DNA from: Botryllus schlosseri
Lineage: Eukaryota
Reading direction: 5' to 3'
NCBI GenBank assembly: GCA_051294905.1
Contig: CM119371.1
Span: forward strand, 28,026,001-28,090,000
DNA length: 64,000 nucleotides
Made by a program: the position numbers and the translations under genes
Shown: one piece after another, positions 39,942-54,743 of the stretch
Layout of the letters: each line of letters starts with the position of its first letter
Position numbering within the stretch: the first letter of the stretch is position 1
The notes under the pieces: model-generated
What the model was told of the DNA's origin: nothing
What the model saw: only the letters and a program-made list of their open reading frames with translations
The model's database searches: none

Positions 39942-42636
39942 GATGCGACAATCCGTGGAACAATTTCAGAGACTGATGGATGAAGTACATATCATCATCG
40001 CTATCAAAACAATTTTCTATTACACCTGTGGCAACGCTCTGATATATAGATGCGATATCGTGTGATATCTTGGTAACAATGAATTGGTCTACTGTGGTAT
40101 TGGCGGCGGTCGCATCATCGATTACATACGAGACTAATAAACATGAATATAACGCAGCGAAAGGCGACGCAAGAGTATGTAGGCGTTTCGCGAAACAATT
40201 TTAAACTAGTCTAGAAGATCTGGACAACGAAATTGGCCTCATTCAGACTACCGAAATCGAAATCTCGGTGGAATGTAATCTCCCTGTTTGCGACAAAAGT
40301 TCGATTTTCTTTTCACATGTAGCTTACATTACGAATTACATGACATCCTGAAGAACAAGATTATTTTCCGCATAACTCTTGCTAATAGTCCTCGAGCGTT
40401 CGTATTTAGGGATTAGGGACGTGTTCTTCATCGCATGGCGCTTCATACTGTAGCGTTCTGCTCGCTTGAATCGTATATTGGTAGATTTGATTGGCCGTAC
40501 TGTTTGTTACTCTTGCAGTTGCGGACCATTTTCATGAGTGAACTTTTATGATTCTTGCTGCAAGCATCGCAGCGGTTGTACTTGTTTTAATGAAACTGTT
40601 TGTAGTAGTTCGCGGATGAATGGTTCACGTGGCGCAATCTCCGGCAGCTTATTCGCCCATATGACTACCGTAAACAGAACATTTTGAATTAAACGATCCA
40701 CCATATTTTCAGTCAAGCCCGTGTCATACATAGTGTTGGAGATTCGAGTGCGAGTGCATTGTGCTCAGTCACTGTTCGGTTTCGCGTTCAAATCACGTTT
40801 AAACACGACAATCACGTCAATCACGACAGCTTTGTTTGGGTGATATCGAACGCCTCGTATTTACAACACTAATTCAATCAACTTATTTAACTGCTTTAGG
40901 CGTATTTTTCAAGTATCTGTACAGATAGGCGAAATGCGAATAATCTACTTCACTATTCTTCGAAGTTACAATGAAATACAGCTCTTGGCAATCTGAGTCG
41001 CAAGTGATATGACTTGATCGAGTCAATACTCAAATTGTTCCTGGTCAGGTCGTTTCCGTATATTGAGAAGATGGCTCGAGTCAAGTCGTCTAAATAAAAT
41101 CGCGAATTGAGTCATGACGTGCAATAAAACGAATAAGAATGCAGCAATACGTGAAACAATTCAATCGCGAATCTGCTTTTCTGAATTAGATTAGAATTAT
41201 AAATAGAGCTATACAGCTTTTTCCAAATTAGACTAGAATTAGAATTAGAGCTACACAGCTTTTTCCAAATTAGCTTAGAATTAGAATTGAAGCTACACAT
41301 TTTTTTTACTTTACTAAGATTAGAATGAGAATTACTGAATTTGCAAAAACTTGAAAATTGAATGAAATTGTTAATAGAGTATTAATACAGAAAATTCAGT
41401 TCATATCAAATCACAGTGCGTGCTGCAAAATGCCGTCAGGCGATACGCGTCACATCTTTTTGTTACATTAACAACATCAACAACAACCACAACAACAGTG
41501 CACTCCCATAGCCATGAAAATGGTTAACTTCTGTACACCGAGCTTGGGCCGATTGTTATTATACCAGGGTTCATCGCAATCGCGGCCGGCGATCTGATTT
41601 CAGATTTTGGAAGTACGCCAAAAAGCATTTTGAAATGCTAAAATTGAATTCAGTTTCCAAATATTGTAGTTGTATCAAACCGAGGTATTCGCCTGTAACC
41701 AACAACACTATTCCACACCAGCTGAAATGGCCTCGGGTATGGCAACAGCGTTCCATCGATGGAGGAGTCAGCTGATACCAAAGCATATTGCCTTGACGTG
41801 CAATGGCCAAGACATTGCCAAGACAAAGCACTTAGAAAACGACATAGGACGTCCCCGCAAGATCAAGCTTTAGGATGAGATAGTCTTTCAGCTAGACATG
41901 TCTACCTAGTCCTAATATCGATTCATCAGCCGTTGGAAAGCGTTGTCGGGTATCGTGCGCAGCTCATATAGTTCAAAATAGAATGACGTTTATCATAATG
42001 ATATTTCTTGTAATTGTATACTAAAATATTACTTCTTTTGTGGTAACCATGAGCATCGCCCATGTTAGTCAGAACGGCAAAGTTTTAAAAACTAGAATAT
42101 TTTGCGCATACTACAAGCTACTATGACTGCACGGTGTAAGTAAGGCATTGGCGGCTTGGCACTGGATTTCCCGGCGCGAGAGGGATATTTTTGTTAACTC
42201 GCTGCAATATGCCTCGCACAAAGAGGCATTTCCAGGAAACAATAAAATAGATTATAATTATAATTAGAGCATGGAAACATTTCACAATTGGATTAGAATC
42301 AGTTTACTGGTATTTCGCTCTAATTTAGTGAAATTAGACAATTAGAATTATTTAGTTGTCCAGGTCTGTCGTGACGAATCTTTGGGGTAGAAATTTTAAT
42401 CGCTATTCGAAAACTCGTCTGTTATACATTTCAGAAATCGTTGTGAAAGGAAAAAGTGATATGATGGAGTAGACCATCGTGGTAATAACGATATTTTCGC
42501 TGAGTGATTGATGAGAATGCGTTTGATCTCGGTCACAGCATCGGGATAACTATAATACGCTGAGAACACGAAAATTGGCGCCCAGGAGCAGTGGTTAAAA
42601 TGTTGTCGCGAAAAGTGGGTCACATGAGTCGCGGTA

Positions 42637-43255
42637 TTTCGTCAACTGTATCTATACTTTTATATGCTGCGGTATATTGTCCATATGCTACTAGTTGAGC
42701 CTTCCGTACGCCTATATTCGCAGAGGCTGGTTGTTTAACTGCTAATAAAAAGACGCCCTGGCGCTAATCGTATTAATGACGAGGGTTGACGATTATATTC
42801 ATTACACAGCACCGTGGATAATCCAATAATACATTAAAATGTTGACATGGTATGAAATTATTAATAAATTGTGATAAACAATGGTGAATCTTTCGATTTA
42901 TGTCTTTGCTGCATGGGGACACGGACAAGCAACTATAAACCATGCGTAGCGTTGCCGACATACCCTGGGGCAAGCGCGTAAAGTAGGTGATATTGGGATT
43001 AGTCTGTTTCTCTATTTCATCAACGTGCTCCTTCAAGCATGAGAAGCGAAGAGTTGATGGCAGTCTCTTCCAGTAGCAGTTTCGTCGATAAAAGGATAGG
43101 ATACTCAAGGCGACTGTGACATCCGTGTTATTTCTTATCAGAACACTAATAGCAGTGACGTGAAAGAGAAGGTTTTCCAATGTATATTTAGATTGTTATG
43201 TTGTGGTCCTATTGTTTTGATTTTTGTCGTTGTAGATGAGAATGGGTCGAGTGGA
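42637..43255. repeat. ~620-bp segment duplicated at about 44947-45562
   Basis: Near-identical sequence; both copies keep a minus-strand ORF (135 and 184 aa). Confidence 0.9.
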
Positions 43256-43659
43256 CATTTTGCCATTAAATTACTTTACTAAAGTCTAGTTGACGACAAC
43301 GTAGGCTGTAAGCTTCCATCACTTCGTTTGCGATCAATATATTTGTGAGAGAGCAATGGAGGCTCAGTAAAACGCACGATAATTGAATGATTGGTCGCTC
43401 TCACGGGTTACACCAGCGTTGCGCGAACAATAAAACATATGCCAGATACAGTGATTTTTATCGACACTGATTACTTGGTGACTTGAAATTGACTCGTGAA
43501 TTTTGCTCCGAGTCACGAGTAAATCCACATTTCTGATACGCCGAGTCAAGTCAAGTCAAGTCATTTTAGCAAAGTGACTCGAGTCAAGTCAAGTCATTCG
43601 AAAAAGTGACTCGAGTCTGACTCGAGTCAAGTCATGACTCGAGTCATCCCAACACTGGT

Positions 43660-44110
43660 AGACACTACCGTAAAATAAAATGAATACCATCATAAACATA
43701 TTTAATTGCGAACAAAACCGCCCCATTTCACTCTCTAGTACAGGGGTGGCCAACCGGCGGCCGTAGGAGGAAATTTGTGCGGCCGTGGACACGCAATTCA
43801 ATTAGTATGTGTTGGCGGCCATTGACATCAAAATTTGATTTACGAATTGACTCGGGAATATTAGAGATATTTTATTGAATTTTGACATTTTCCTCGCGCT
43901 AGTCGTGATGCAATGCGACTTCATTTTTTAAATTTTTAAATTTAATATAGTCGGAGCACTCTTTGCAATCTGAGCCCCACAGTACATACGCGAACAGCGG
44001 AGGAATATGATGCACCCCATAGAGAAATCACAATTTAAAATCGTGCGCTCCCCACCAATGAAATTTGTTTCTGGTACGTTCAGGAGATTTCAAAATCTTT
44101 CCATTATATC
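43660..44110. repeat. ~450-bp segment including a hAT end, duplicated at about 47880-48320
   Basis: Colinear high identity seen by eye. Confidence 0.85.
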
Positions 44111-44224
44111 AGTGGTTCCCAACCTGTGGTACGCGAAGGTCTTCCAGGTGGTACGCGAGCAGATTATTTTTTTTTACGATCAAAGGGAGTTATTAGTTCA
44201 GGTTAGGTTGATTTTGAGTTGATG

Positions 44225-44415
44225 ATCTTTGACACCAAGGTGCACATTCATATGTCTCTTCAGCTGATCCTTCAGAGTAAATGCTTTTCCACATATCACA
44301 TTCATAACTTTTTACGCCAAAATGTATATCAACATGACGTTTTAGGTCATGTTTTCGAGTAAACAATTTCCCACAAATATCACATTCATTATCTTCGATT
44401 CCAGTATACACATGA
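44225..44415 (-). pseudogene. C2H2 zinc-finger fragment (about two fingers, frameshifted)
   Basis: ECDICGKLFTRKHDLKRHVDIH..YECD followed by a frameshift. Confidence 0.75.
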
Positions 44416-46981
44416 GTCGCGCAATGATATTCGGATGAAAAGTAGGTTGAGAATTCAAAAAAGCGTTAGGAAGCACTCTAAGAGATTAATAACCTAGTAA
44501 TCTATAGTGAAACGCTCATGTTGTGGCAATATCGACGTCCTCGCAATATCGAAACAGTCGAACACTTTTTGATATCGTGCATTAAATACGACTTTCATCG
44601 ATCATTTTTAATAACCTATTGCAATCATACATATACCGTTCACCATACCCAACCTATTCACGCCATCGCAATTGTCCACCGCCGATAAGTTGTAATAAGT
44701 TCATTTAGTTACTGCTTGATTTGAATTTCCTGACTACCGTGGCGCACAAGGCCATGAATGGCGAAAAGCACCACTCATGTTTGTAATGATAATAATAAAA
44801 ATGTTGTGGCAATATATCATGCGGCACCACAACTCGATTGAATTTCAAATGCTAAATCTCACCCTGCAGTGATGAATCCCAGAATTACGAGATAGTTGAA
44901 ATATTTCCCATTTTGTAATCGGTAGCAAATATCGACTTCGTCGGTGTTTCGTCAACTGTATCTATACTTTCATATGCTGCGGTATATTGTCCATATGCTA
45001 CTAGTTGAGCCTTCCGTACGCCTATATTCGCAGAGGCTGGTTGTTTAACTGCTAATAAAAAGACGCCCTGGTGCTAATCGTATTAATGACGGGGGTTGAC
45101 GATTATATTCATTACACAGCACCGTGGATAATCCAATAATACATTAAAATGTTGACATGGTATGAAATTATTAATAAATTGTGCTAAACTATGGTGAATC
45201 TTTCGATTTATGTCTTTGCTGCATGGGGAGACGGACAAGCAAGTATAAACCATGCGTGGCGTTACCGACATACCCTGGGGCAAGCGCGCTAAGTAGGTGG
45301 TATTGGGATTAGTCTGTTTCTCTATTTCATCAACGTGCTCCTTCAAGCATGAGAAGCGAAGAGTTGACGGCAGTCTCTTCCAGTAGCAGTTTGGTCGATA
45401 AAAGCATAGGATGCTCAAGGCGACTGCGACATCCGTGTTGTTGCTTATCAGAACACTAATAGCAGCGACGTGAATGAGAAGGGTTTCTGATGTATTTAGA
45501 TTGTTACGTTGTGGTCCTATTGTTTTGATTTTTGTCGTTGTAGATGAGAATCGGTCGAGTGGTTTGGAAGTAGAAATAACAAGTTTACGTATTTTGGTTT
45601 GCTTAAATTTATATCTTATCCCACACAAAATATTCAATATTAGTTTTGAAATTTAACGCTTTGCGCTTTCTGTCCGTCGTTTTCCTTTACTGTGCTAGTA
45701 ATTACACGGAACACGGTGTTTCATTGCGGGTCTCTGATTATCGGCTTAGGTTCAAGAAATCGCGATGCGTACAGACTGTCTGATTTGTAAAGCTTCTTCG
45801 ATGTACAGAACTTTAATATACAATCGAATAGTGTATTTATACTGAAATGAACCCGAATATTTCCAGCTGACACTCGTCAGGGGTAACCGTGAGCAACTAG
45901 TGGAGAACTGGAAAGAACAATGTATATCAACAATCGTATCGCAAAATACAACGTCACCAGAATGAAATTCCGAGTGAGAGAGCGTTCGATGTACTATTTT
46001 AGGAGTTCGTGTATTATCTAAAAATAGTACGATGAACGCTCTGTTATTCGAAATTTCACGCTGGTGCCGTCATTCGGTTTTTGTGTACTTGTACACTGTC
46101 CTATACCAGTGTTTCTCATTTCTCAACTTCCGCATGGTACAACGCCAACGACGCAGCCATACTCGTGTGACGCTTGAAGCATATAGTTGCGCAACGCAGC
46201 AGTCTCTATTTTTGCAACAGATCATGCAATACGGGATTACCAAAAACGATGCACCAGCAGGGAAACGGATACGGCACTATGGCAGTTCGTCGCATAGTTA
46301 ACCTACACAGCTGCAGATCGAAAGGCGGTAGAGTGCTAGAGGGTGGTGGCCTCGGCTCGCCAAAGTGATTACTGATCAGTGATCAGTCACCATAAGTGCT
46401 GGAGAGTCGCAAGTGGTTCAATGTGTTGAGATGCGAATTGCCAGAATCGTATTAAAGACTTGAGACGCTGTCTGGGTCATTCTTGTCGCTTATGTCGTAT
46501 TATGATATGATCTCGATCTCCTTGACGCTGGAGATAAGACTCGTGGTTTGCAGGTGCTAAGACGTGAATACTCGCGGGAACAAAGTCACAACTTTGAATC
46601 CTAATCATTGGTGTCTGAAAACGCTATCCATAAGTGTGCGGAACCCGCAGCGAGTGTCTGTGTATTCATGTCGTGAATGTTAAAGTTCCGTGATGATGAT
46701 CAAGTGCAGAATCAGTGACATTGCGAATACGGTGTAGTAACTTATATTGAGCTTCAGTCATTCTTGCTTTTAATTAGTTTAGCCGAATCTTAAGGAGAAG
46801 TTGAGAACCCATTTTATATCCTGAAACGTCTTTTACCACCATAGGCACGACCATGGGGTAGTGTATCCATGAAAAAAATCTGGAGAGAGAGAGTTCTGAT
46901 TTATTTCCGCCTGTACCATCCACATACTTTGGCGAGGAAGATACGATACGACCTTTAAGTAAGAGCATCCAGACTCTAGAC

Positions 46982-47296
46982 CAGTGGTTCTCAACCTGGG
47001 TCGCGCCCACTTGGGGGGGGGGGGGCGTGAAAGCATCTGAAGGGGGCGTGAAGAAGCGGTCAACTGGAAATATTTGAAGCGCGATTTACCTCCAATTCGC
47101 GCGTGTTTCTCTATATATAGACCGAATTTCATACTTTTGAATTCTCTCATATACAGTCATAACCTTCCGTGCCATCAAACAATATGTTGGAGTTGCTAGC
47201 ATCCCGGCTGGATTTTGTGATATGACGATAACGGGGGCGCAAAATTTTTCATTATCATAAAGGGGGGCATGTCTTAAAAAAGGTTGAGAACAACTG
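46982..47296. mobile_element. hAT/Charlie-type MITE
   Basis: cagtggttctcaacct / aggttgagaacaactg termini; TSD ctctagac/ctctgtac. Confidence 0.8.
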
Positions 47297-47310
47297 CTCT
47301 GTACTCTAGT

Positions 47311-48906
47311 GCAGTGGTTCTCAACCGCCGGTCCGCGAATACTTTTCTGTCGGTCCGTGAGATATATATAGATTAGACCTCAATTTCAAGATGCAAGATG
47401 TTGAAGGCGTGTCCATTGGTAAAATAAAGCGTCAAATTTTAAACTGATGCAGAAGTTCGTGAGGCAAGATTAGGCCTGGTGGTAACATCTTCGATTTGAC
47501 TTAAAAGTTCAAGTTGTCTCCGGTGACGACATGTGCGCGGCTCGCTAATTAGACCTACGAGCTGACTCGCTAATCCGCGCAATCCGTACGACCATTAGCT
47601 CTCGATTCATTAATTTTGTGGATGGTCAGGTATCGCCGGGATCAGTTGTTTTCGTACAGCGCATTGTACTCCGTAGTAGGCTACGAATGGTAGTAGTGGG
47701 AAATGAGCAAGATAGCTCGACAAGGTGCTTGGTCCTACTCCGAAACGTTTCATCTCTGGGTACTGTCGAAGAGAAGAATGTCATTCCAGTTGGCGCTGTC
47801 GGTTATTCCACGGCCTTCAGCGCGAAATTAGCCCGTGTTTATCGGGGCAAGTCAATTTTACCTCGACTCAGCACTCAGCAGACACTACCTTAAATAAAAT
47901 GAATACCATCATAATCATATTTAATTACGAACAAAACCGCCCCATTTCACTCTCTAGTACAGGGGTGGTCAACCGGCGGCCGTAGAATGAAATTTATGCG
48001 GCCGTGGACGCGCAATTCAATTAGTATGTGTTGGCGGCCGTTGACATCAAAATTGAATTTACGAATTGACTCTGGAATTTTTGAGATATTTTATTGAATT
48101 TTGACGTTTTCTTCGCGCTAGTCGTGATTCAATGCGACTTCATTTTTTAAATTTAATATAGTCGAAGCACTCTTGGCAATTGGAGCCCCACAGTACATAC
48201 GCGAACAGCGGAGGAATATGATGCACCCCATACATAAATAAAAATTTGGAATCGTGCGCTCCTCACCAATGAAATTTGTTTCTGGTACGTTCAGGAGATT
48301 CCAAAATCTTTCCATTATATCGACAATCCTGATGGAAGATCAATAAATAACAACACGCCCCAAAGTGACTATACTAACAATTGGCCCACCCGAAGATGCA
48401 TCATCTGCTCTTAATTGTCGAAAATACTCCATATCCATTAACTCTACCGTGTGATCACTTTGGTTGAGTAAGGATAAATATTTGATAGTAATACGTGAAA
48501 CTACGAATACAAATGACGAAATTGATTCGTGAATCTGGAAAAATGTTCGACCTTCGCGCGACCATGATCATTCCCAGTCAATATTCATAACATGACCGCT
48601 ATAATGTAACGATTTCCATGCGTATATTAAGAAGATATGAAAAAGTAGATTATTAGTTCGGAGTTCACCAGAAATGAACATGAACAGTTTAATATCGGTA
48701 TCTGGTGTCCAGTTAGTTCATTGCGACTACGTCCTGGAATGCGGTCGTGAATAGCAAAAAGGTTGCCCTATAGTACCATGCTTTCAGAAAAACCGCTGTT
48801 TACATTACATTTGGGGTTGATTTCAATTTTTTAGGGTCCGCCGGTCCGCCAAATATCTTTTGAAATTTTACCGGTTCGCGAGGTGAAAAGGGTTGAGAAC
48901 CACCGC
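47311..48906. mobile_element. hAT/Charlie-type non-autonomous element with a nested insert
   Basis: cagtggttctcaacc / ggttgagaaccaccg termini; TSD ctctagtg/ctctagag. Confidence 0.75.
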
Positions 48907-49268
48907 TCTAGAGAGAGAGGGAGAGGGGGGAATATGCATTCGTCTAAAATACAAATCGACATCACACAACAAAAATGCAACACAGTGGAATGCGACATGC
49001 AAGGTAGTCGGGAGGCTCGATGAGACATAGTCTTAAAGAGCCGAGCCCCCCAGGACAGGAGCAATTTTCACAGTTGGTATCACTGGTCTACACAGAATTT
49101 CAGGTTTGGGTTTTGACAACTGAGTTTAGATAATTTTGGGGCGCTGAATCCGAAAATGACCTTAGATTTTCTCTATCACATCACGTTTTTGAAATATGAA
49201 ATATCCCTAATTTTTGAAGAAAAAACATATTCATAGATTATAGATATTCATAGATTCATAGATTCATC

Positions 49269-50206
49269 CAGTGTTGGGATCAAGTCACTGCCTTCGAGTC
49301 ACGAGTCATTTCGAGTCATTGCACATCTTGACTCGAGTCAAGTCAAGTCAATCTATTTTCGAAAGTGTCTCGAGTCAAGTCAAGTCACTCTATTTTTGAA
49401 GGTGACTCGAGTCAAGTCGAGTCAAGTCAAGTCAAGTCAAGTCACGAGTCAAGTCACAATTCAAGTCAAGTTGCCTTTTTGGAATACGAGGCATGATTAT
49501 ACGTCATTGCATTTTGCTAGCTGTCTGAAATACAAATTAAGTTGTCATTGATTCCGAACCGATTAACGAATATAGAGTTAAATATACATGTAAGAAGGCG
49601 CTGTATCGCTCACATATACGTAGAACTGTTAAACTACGCAAGGAATTGCATAGCCTCAGTTTATAGTTACCAGCCAAAATAGAGAATAGAGACACGAATT
49701 GATAAGATGCAATACATTACCCATTTACAAATTGATATGATACAATTCGAGCCTGCGCCAATGGTTGAGGACTATATATACTATATTCGAATTCAACTTC
49801 AATAAAACAAGAGGTTCGGTAAAGGTAAAAACGGAGAAAAGAAAGAGACAGTTTGCTATTTTATTAGTTCTACGATAGCGTATGCTGTAAGCTTTGATCA
49901 CTTCGTTTGCGGTCAATTTATTTGTGAGAGAGCAATGGAGGCTCGGTGAAACGCACGGTCGTTGAATGATTGGTCGCTCTCGCGGGTTCCTCCAGCGTTT
50001 CGCGAACAATCCGAACATATGCAAGATACAGCGATTACAGTGATACCGATTACTTGATGACTTGAACTTGACTCGTGAATTTTGCTCCGAGTCACGATTC
50101 AATCCACATTTCTGATACGCCGAGTCAAGTCAAGTCACACTTTAGCAAAGTGACTCGATTCAAGTCAAGTCATACGAAAAAGGTGACTCGAGTCATCCCA
50201 ACACTG
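49269..50206. mobile_element. hAT MITE (CAGTGTTGGGAT / GACTCGAGTC family)
   Basis: TIR cagtgttgggat / atcccaacactg; perfect TSD gattcatc. Confidence 0.92.
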
Positions 50207-51573
50207 GATTCATCTACCTTTGTTATTTCTATATTCGTTAATATATTGCAGTATGATTTGATCCTGGTAAATCTACAAGTTTCTGGCCACTACTACTACT
50301 ACTATTTGGCTGTTCTGTGTCATTAAAGAAAGCTCCTTGGATCTACGTGTGTGATCAGGATTGCGAGAGTACTCAGAGCGGTCATTAGTCAGTTGACTAG
50401 TGCGTACAGCAGGAACTGTAGCCGAAGCGTCGACTCCAACCAAGCACTATACCAGCGTGTCTTGCAACAAGTCGTTGCATGGACCGCTACAATGATATTT
50501 TCTTAAACGTGCTGTTTGAGAAAACAGAGGATTGGTATCGCATTTCCAAACCAATGCTATCATTTTCATCCCGTGATGCGGACGAATGCTTATGCTGTCG
50601 AAAATTGGATACCATCGAGTATGCATCAATATGAATCAAGCTCGGCACCTTTCGCATGGCTCGATTTGTACCTTTTGACAATCCATGTGAACGAATTAGG
50701 ATCGTTTTCACAACTACTTACTTACTTGAGTAGATTTAAAGTCAGTCAATTCTACTTCTACTTGAAGTAGTTTTAAGTTGCTTATGGAAAAAGTACTTCT
50801 GCTCGTACTGGAGTCGATTTTTTCGTCGATACTTCTACTTCTACTTGAGTAGCTTTCATGATTACTTTGACCACCTCTGAATATTCCCCCTCCACTTCCA
50901 ACAGTTTTAAACAAATTCACCTATGTTTCGTGATGTTGATGAAGCTTTCGTGTAGAAAATGGTATTTCGGTAGATTAGCACCACTGTCACGAGAGTATTT
51001 GCATAACAACCATGCGATGTAGACTCTGTGTGATCGCATCGAATTGTTTGAAAACAGCAGCAATTTCCTTGGTCATTAGTCCAGAGGTGGTCAAAGTAGT
51101 CACCGCCGCTACTCAAGTAGAAGTATAAGTAACGCCGTAAATTTTTACGGAAGTTTAAGTTGAAGTATTCTATGCCTGGTTTTGCCTAGAAAACTGAAAA
51201 CTGTCTAGCTCTAGCAGATGCAGAAATAGCCTAAAATAATAACCACTTTTGGTAGCAGTGCAGGTAGGCAGATTCTACTTGAAGCACATTGAATCTAGAA
51301 GCACTTTGTTACTGCCTACTTATGCATTAGTCATTTTGCGCTGATCGTGAAGATGCATCTATACCTTCAGATACTTACTTGAGTATACTTGACCGCATGT
51401 GGCTCTGTTCTATCGAATAGTGATATTGTTGTTTGTTGTTGGTATTGTTTGTGGTATTCATGGTGCTCGTCATGGTGCTCATTTACACCATGTCAATTTC
51501 CATCATTTTTATTCAGTAGCTGAGGACTTGTAGCAAGGCAAACTCCTAGACTTTTATAACACACCGCTTACAC

Positions 51574-52668
51574 CAGTGATTCGCATCCTTTTTCCATCCA
51601 CGTACCATTTCGAGGTTTTATGCAGTGCTTGCGTACCACCTCTTTTAGGATCTCATGGATCAGTGAAATTAATCTGCGTCACACTTTCCATTTGGTCAAA
51701 GGCAATTTGTCGGTAATTTTTGACCGGCTTGTCGAGCATTAAGTTTGATAAAACGGGTACAAATCGAAAGCTACCGCGGTACTGATTGCTTTCGATACAT
51801 CATCCATTGTAGCAGAAAATTTATTAAACTCGAAAAGTTTTCGAAAAATTGCGAAAATATATATTTTATTCAGCTCGTGGTGCTGGAACTCCCCAAAATC
51901 AGCCTCGAATGTTGCGTTAACGGAGTTTGGTATTGTGACCCACCGATTCCGTTTGAGCAGCTCAGGAGCGAGTGCGAACGAGAGTGAGAGTGTGAATGCT
52001 CAATCGGTTGCGCAACAATGGCCAATACACTTGCAATTTGCGCCGCTCCTCACCTGCTCCCAGACGGCATGGTTGCGTCACAATACCAAACTCCGTTACA
52101 ATACAACATTCTAGGCTGATTTGGGGGGCTTCCAAGACCACGAGCAAAAAAAAATAATTTTCGTAATCAGTACCGCGGTAGCTTGCGATTGATGCCCGTT
52201 TTATCAAATTTATTGCTCGGCAAGCTGCTCAAAAATTACCGTCAAATAGGAAGTGTGACGTAGACCAATTTCAGCGAGCCCTGAGATTTGCTTGTGTCCA
52301 TACCATATATGACACTATGTTCACAGCCTATGGAAAGTCATGCATGGACGCAGCAAGTCGGTTTCGTTTCTTCGACTTGATAGTCATCAGGCATGAAATT
52401 CCTTGCTCGCACTCCCACGTAGAAGGGAAAATTAGCAGCTGGGGAATAGCTTGAGAAGCTAGCGTCAATGTACGAGGAGGGCATGCTAAGCCAGAAGGTT
52501 ATTGGGGATCAATCTTTGTGTTTCGTCTTTGCTGTCTGGTTATCCTGGAGATCTATGAGCTCCGCCTGACTCCCCCTGAACCAATAAACTCCCTTCGGTC
52601 GATAAAAAACAGAATTTACTCGCGTACCACCTGAAAGACTTTCGCGTACCACAGGTTGGGAACCACTG
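51574..52668. mobile_element. hAT MITE containing an internal ~250-bp imperfect inverted repeat
   Basis: TSD gcttacac; 51655-51945 is inverted at 52075-52285. Confidence 0.8.
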
Positions 52669-52829
52669 GCTTACACGGATGGAATGGCGACGAAGAGTCT
52701 AAATAAAGCTCCAGCACTTGCTTAGGAATTCAGGAGTCTGAGAGAGGGCGAGAGAGAGAGTCTTTATTTTCATCCAACCAAAATACATAACACACGGCAG
52801 TGATGGTGGTACAGAAAATATACATGCGA

Positions 52830-52904
52830 GTCGACCTCGGTCGGACTCGAACGCGCAATCAATTGGTGTTAAAAATGTGGGTTATAGCACTACGATATCT
52901 CGCT
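52830..52904 (-). mobile_element. Degenerate tRNA-derived SINE head
   Basis: Homologous to 54744-54816. Confidence 0.55.
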
Positions 52905-53050
52905 ACCTATAGTGATCTTATGTGACTTGAAAAGAGGCCTTTCATGCAATCTTATGAACATTTTAGAACGCAGCATTAGACAACATTATACATTACATTA
53001 AACTATAGAAGTAGTGCAGCTAGTAACAAGATTTTCTGGCCAAGTCGGAA

Positions 53051-54271
53051 ATGATCCATTCTCAAAGTCATAATGACTGCAATGAAAATAGATGCAAGGT
53101 TTGCGGAGAAGGATTCATCAACCGGTCTAGCTTCGGACTACATATGAAATTTCACTCTGCACTCAACGACTTTGAGTGCTACATATGCGGAAAATCATTC
53201 GTCACCAAATATTGCATGAAAATGCACATGAAAATTCACTCCGTTTCGAAAGAGTTTGAGTGCGACATATGTGGAAAAAGCTTTTTGCAAAAGTCCTGGC
53301 TGAAAACTCATTTTATCCGCCACACGGGAAAGAAAGACTATAAGTGCGACATATGCGGGAAGCGATTCAGCAACAACTCCAATATGAGAGAACACGTGAA
53401 AATTCATTCCGCAGTAAAACAGTTTGAGTGCGAAATCTGCGGGTATGGCTTCGTAAGCAAGTCTAAATTTAGGGCACATTATTTGCGTCATACAGGAGCG
53501 GCGAAAGATCACGAGTGTCAAATATGCGGGAAAGGTTTCGAGATAAAATCGAATCTGGAAACACATTATTTAATTCATACCGGAGAAAAAGAACACAAGT
53601 GCGACATCTGTGCGAAAGCTTTTCGTAGGAAGTCGCACATTAGGGAGCACATGAAGAGGATACACTCAAATATGAGAGAATATGAGTGCGATATATGCGG
53701 GGAAGCTTTTGTGCACGGGTGTCACCTGAAATATCACTATTCCGTCCACATGGGACCAGGATATCATTGTGAAGTATGTGGGAAACAATTTGTTCTCAAA
53801 TCCATGATGAGAACACACATGAATAGTCTGCACTTCGGATTGAAAGAGTTTGAGTGCGAAATATGTGCGAAACGATTCGCCGAGAAATCCGACATGAGAA
53901 GACACATGAAACTTCACTCCGGATTGAAGGAGTGTGAGTGTGAGATTTGTGGTAAAGCATTCCATTCGAAGTGGTACGCACAGAGACACACTGAGTCGGC
54001 TCACTTAGAAGCGAAAGGATATGAGTGCGATACATGCGGCAGTGTCTTTCGACATCAGTCTAACCTCGGAGCTCACTATTTCATCCACATGGAAAAGAAA
54101 TACCCGTGTGCAATATGTGGGAAACTATTCAATGTCAAATCCTCCTTGAAAAAACACACCAAGATTCACTTGGGAGTAAAAGACTACGAGTGCGAGATTT
54201 GCGGCAGGACATTTCGTTCAAAGAGTAATGTTGTACGTCACTTCCGAGTTCACGGAATCGACAGGGAATAA
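53051..54271 (+). CDS. C2H2 zinc-finger protein, 14 fingers, 406 aa, single coding exon
   Basis: Intact ORF of tandem CxxC-x12-Hx3-4H units with no other domain. Confidence 0.92.
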   Translation: MIHSQSHNDCNENRCKVCGEGFINRSSFGLHMKFHSALNDFECYICGKSFVTKYCMKMHMKIHSVSKEFECDICGKSFLQKSWLKTHFIRHTGKKDYKCDICGKRFSNNSNMREHVKIHSAVKQFECEICGYGFVSKSKFRAHYLRHTGAAKDHECQICGKGFEIKSNLETHYLIHTGEKEHKCDICAKAFRRKSHIREHMKRIHSNMREYECDICGEAFVHGCHLKYHYSVHMGPGYHCEVCGKQFVLKSMMRTHMNSLHFGLKEFECEICAKRFAEKSDMRRHMKLHSGLKECECEICGKAFHSKWYAQRHTESAHLEAKGYECDTCGSVFRHQSNLGAHYFIHMEKKYPCAICGKLFNVKSSLKKHTKIHLGVKDYECEICGRTFRSKSNVVRHFRVHGIDRE

Positions 54272-54743
54272 GGATGCGATCAGTCCGTAAAACAACTCAG
54301 AGGCGGGTCTCTTAAAAAGAAATCACTTATCTAGATGACTTGATCCTAGACAATTGAAACAGTCACATTCAGACGACTGAAATTGGAATCTAACGGGACT
54401 AAAATGACCGTGTTCTTTTCAAATGTACATTGAGAATTAACCTACATGATATTAACAAGAGCGTTGCTTATGTGGATTTATCGACGATTGATTCGTGCTT
54501 GTAATTGTTTTTCCCCTCTGTGATTCTGAGCCATTCCGTATCGTCAGACTTGTACAAACTACTTGATTTTCAAATAGCGCAACTAAAACTAGAACTAAAT
54601 AGCGTGGTCTGTCGTAGGCGCGCGTTCTTCTAGGTCTGCGGCTCGGTAAGAAATAGACACGTCAGCATTACTCTTTCATTAGAACAACAGTGGCAAGGAG
54701 GAGCCTATAGAAACCTCCCACATTCAGGTATTGGAATTCTGAA

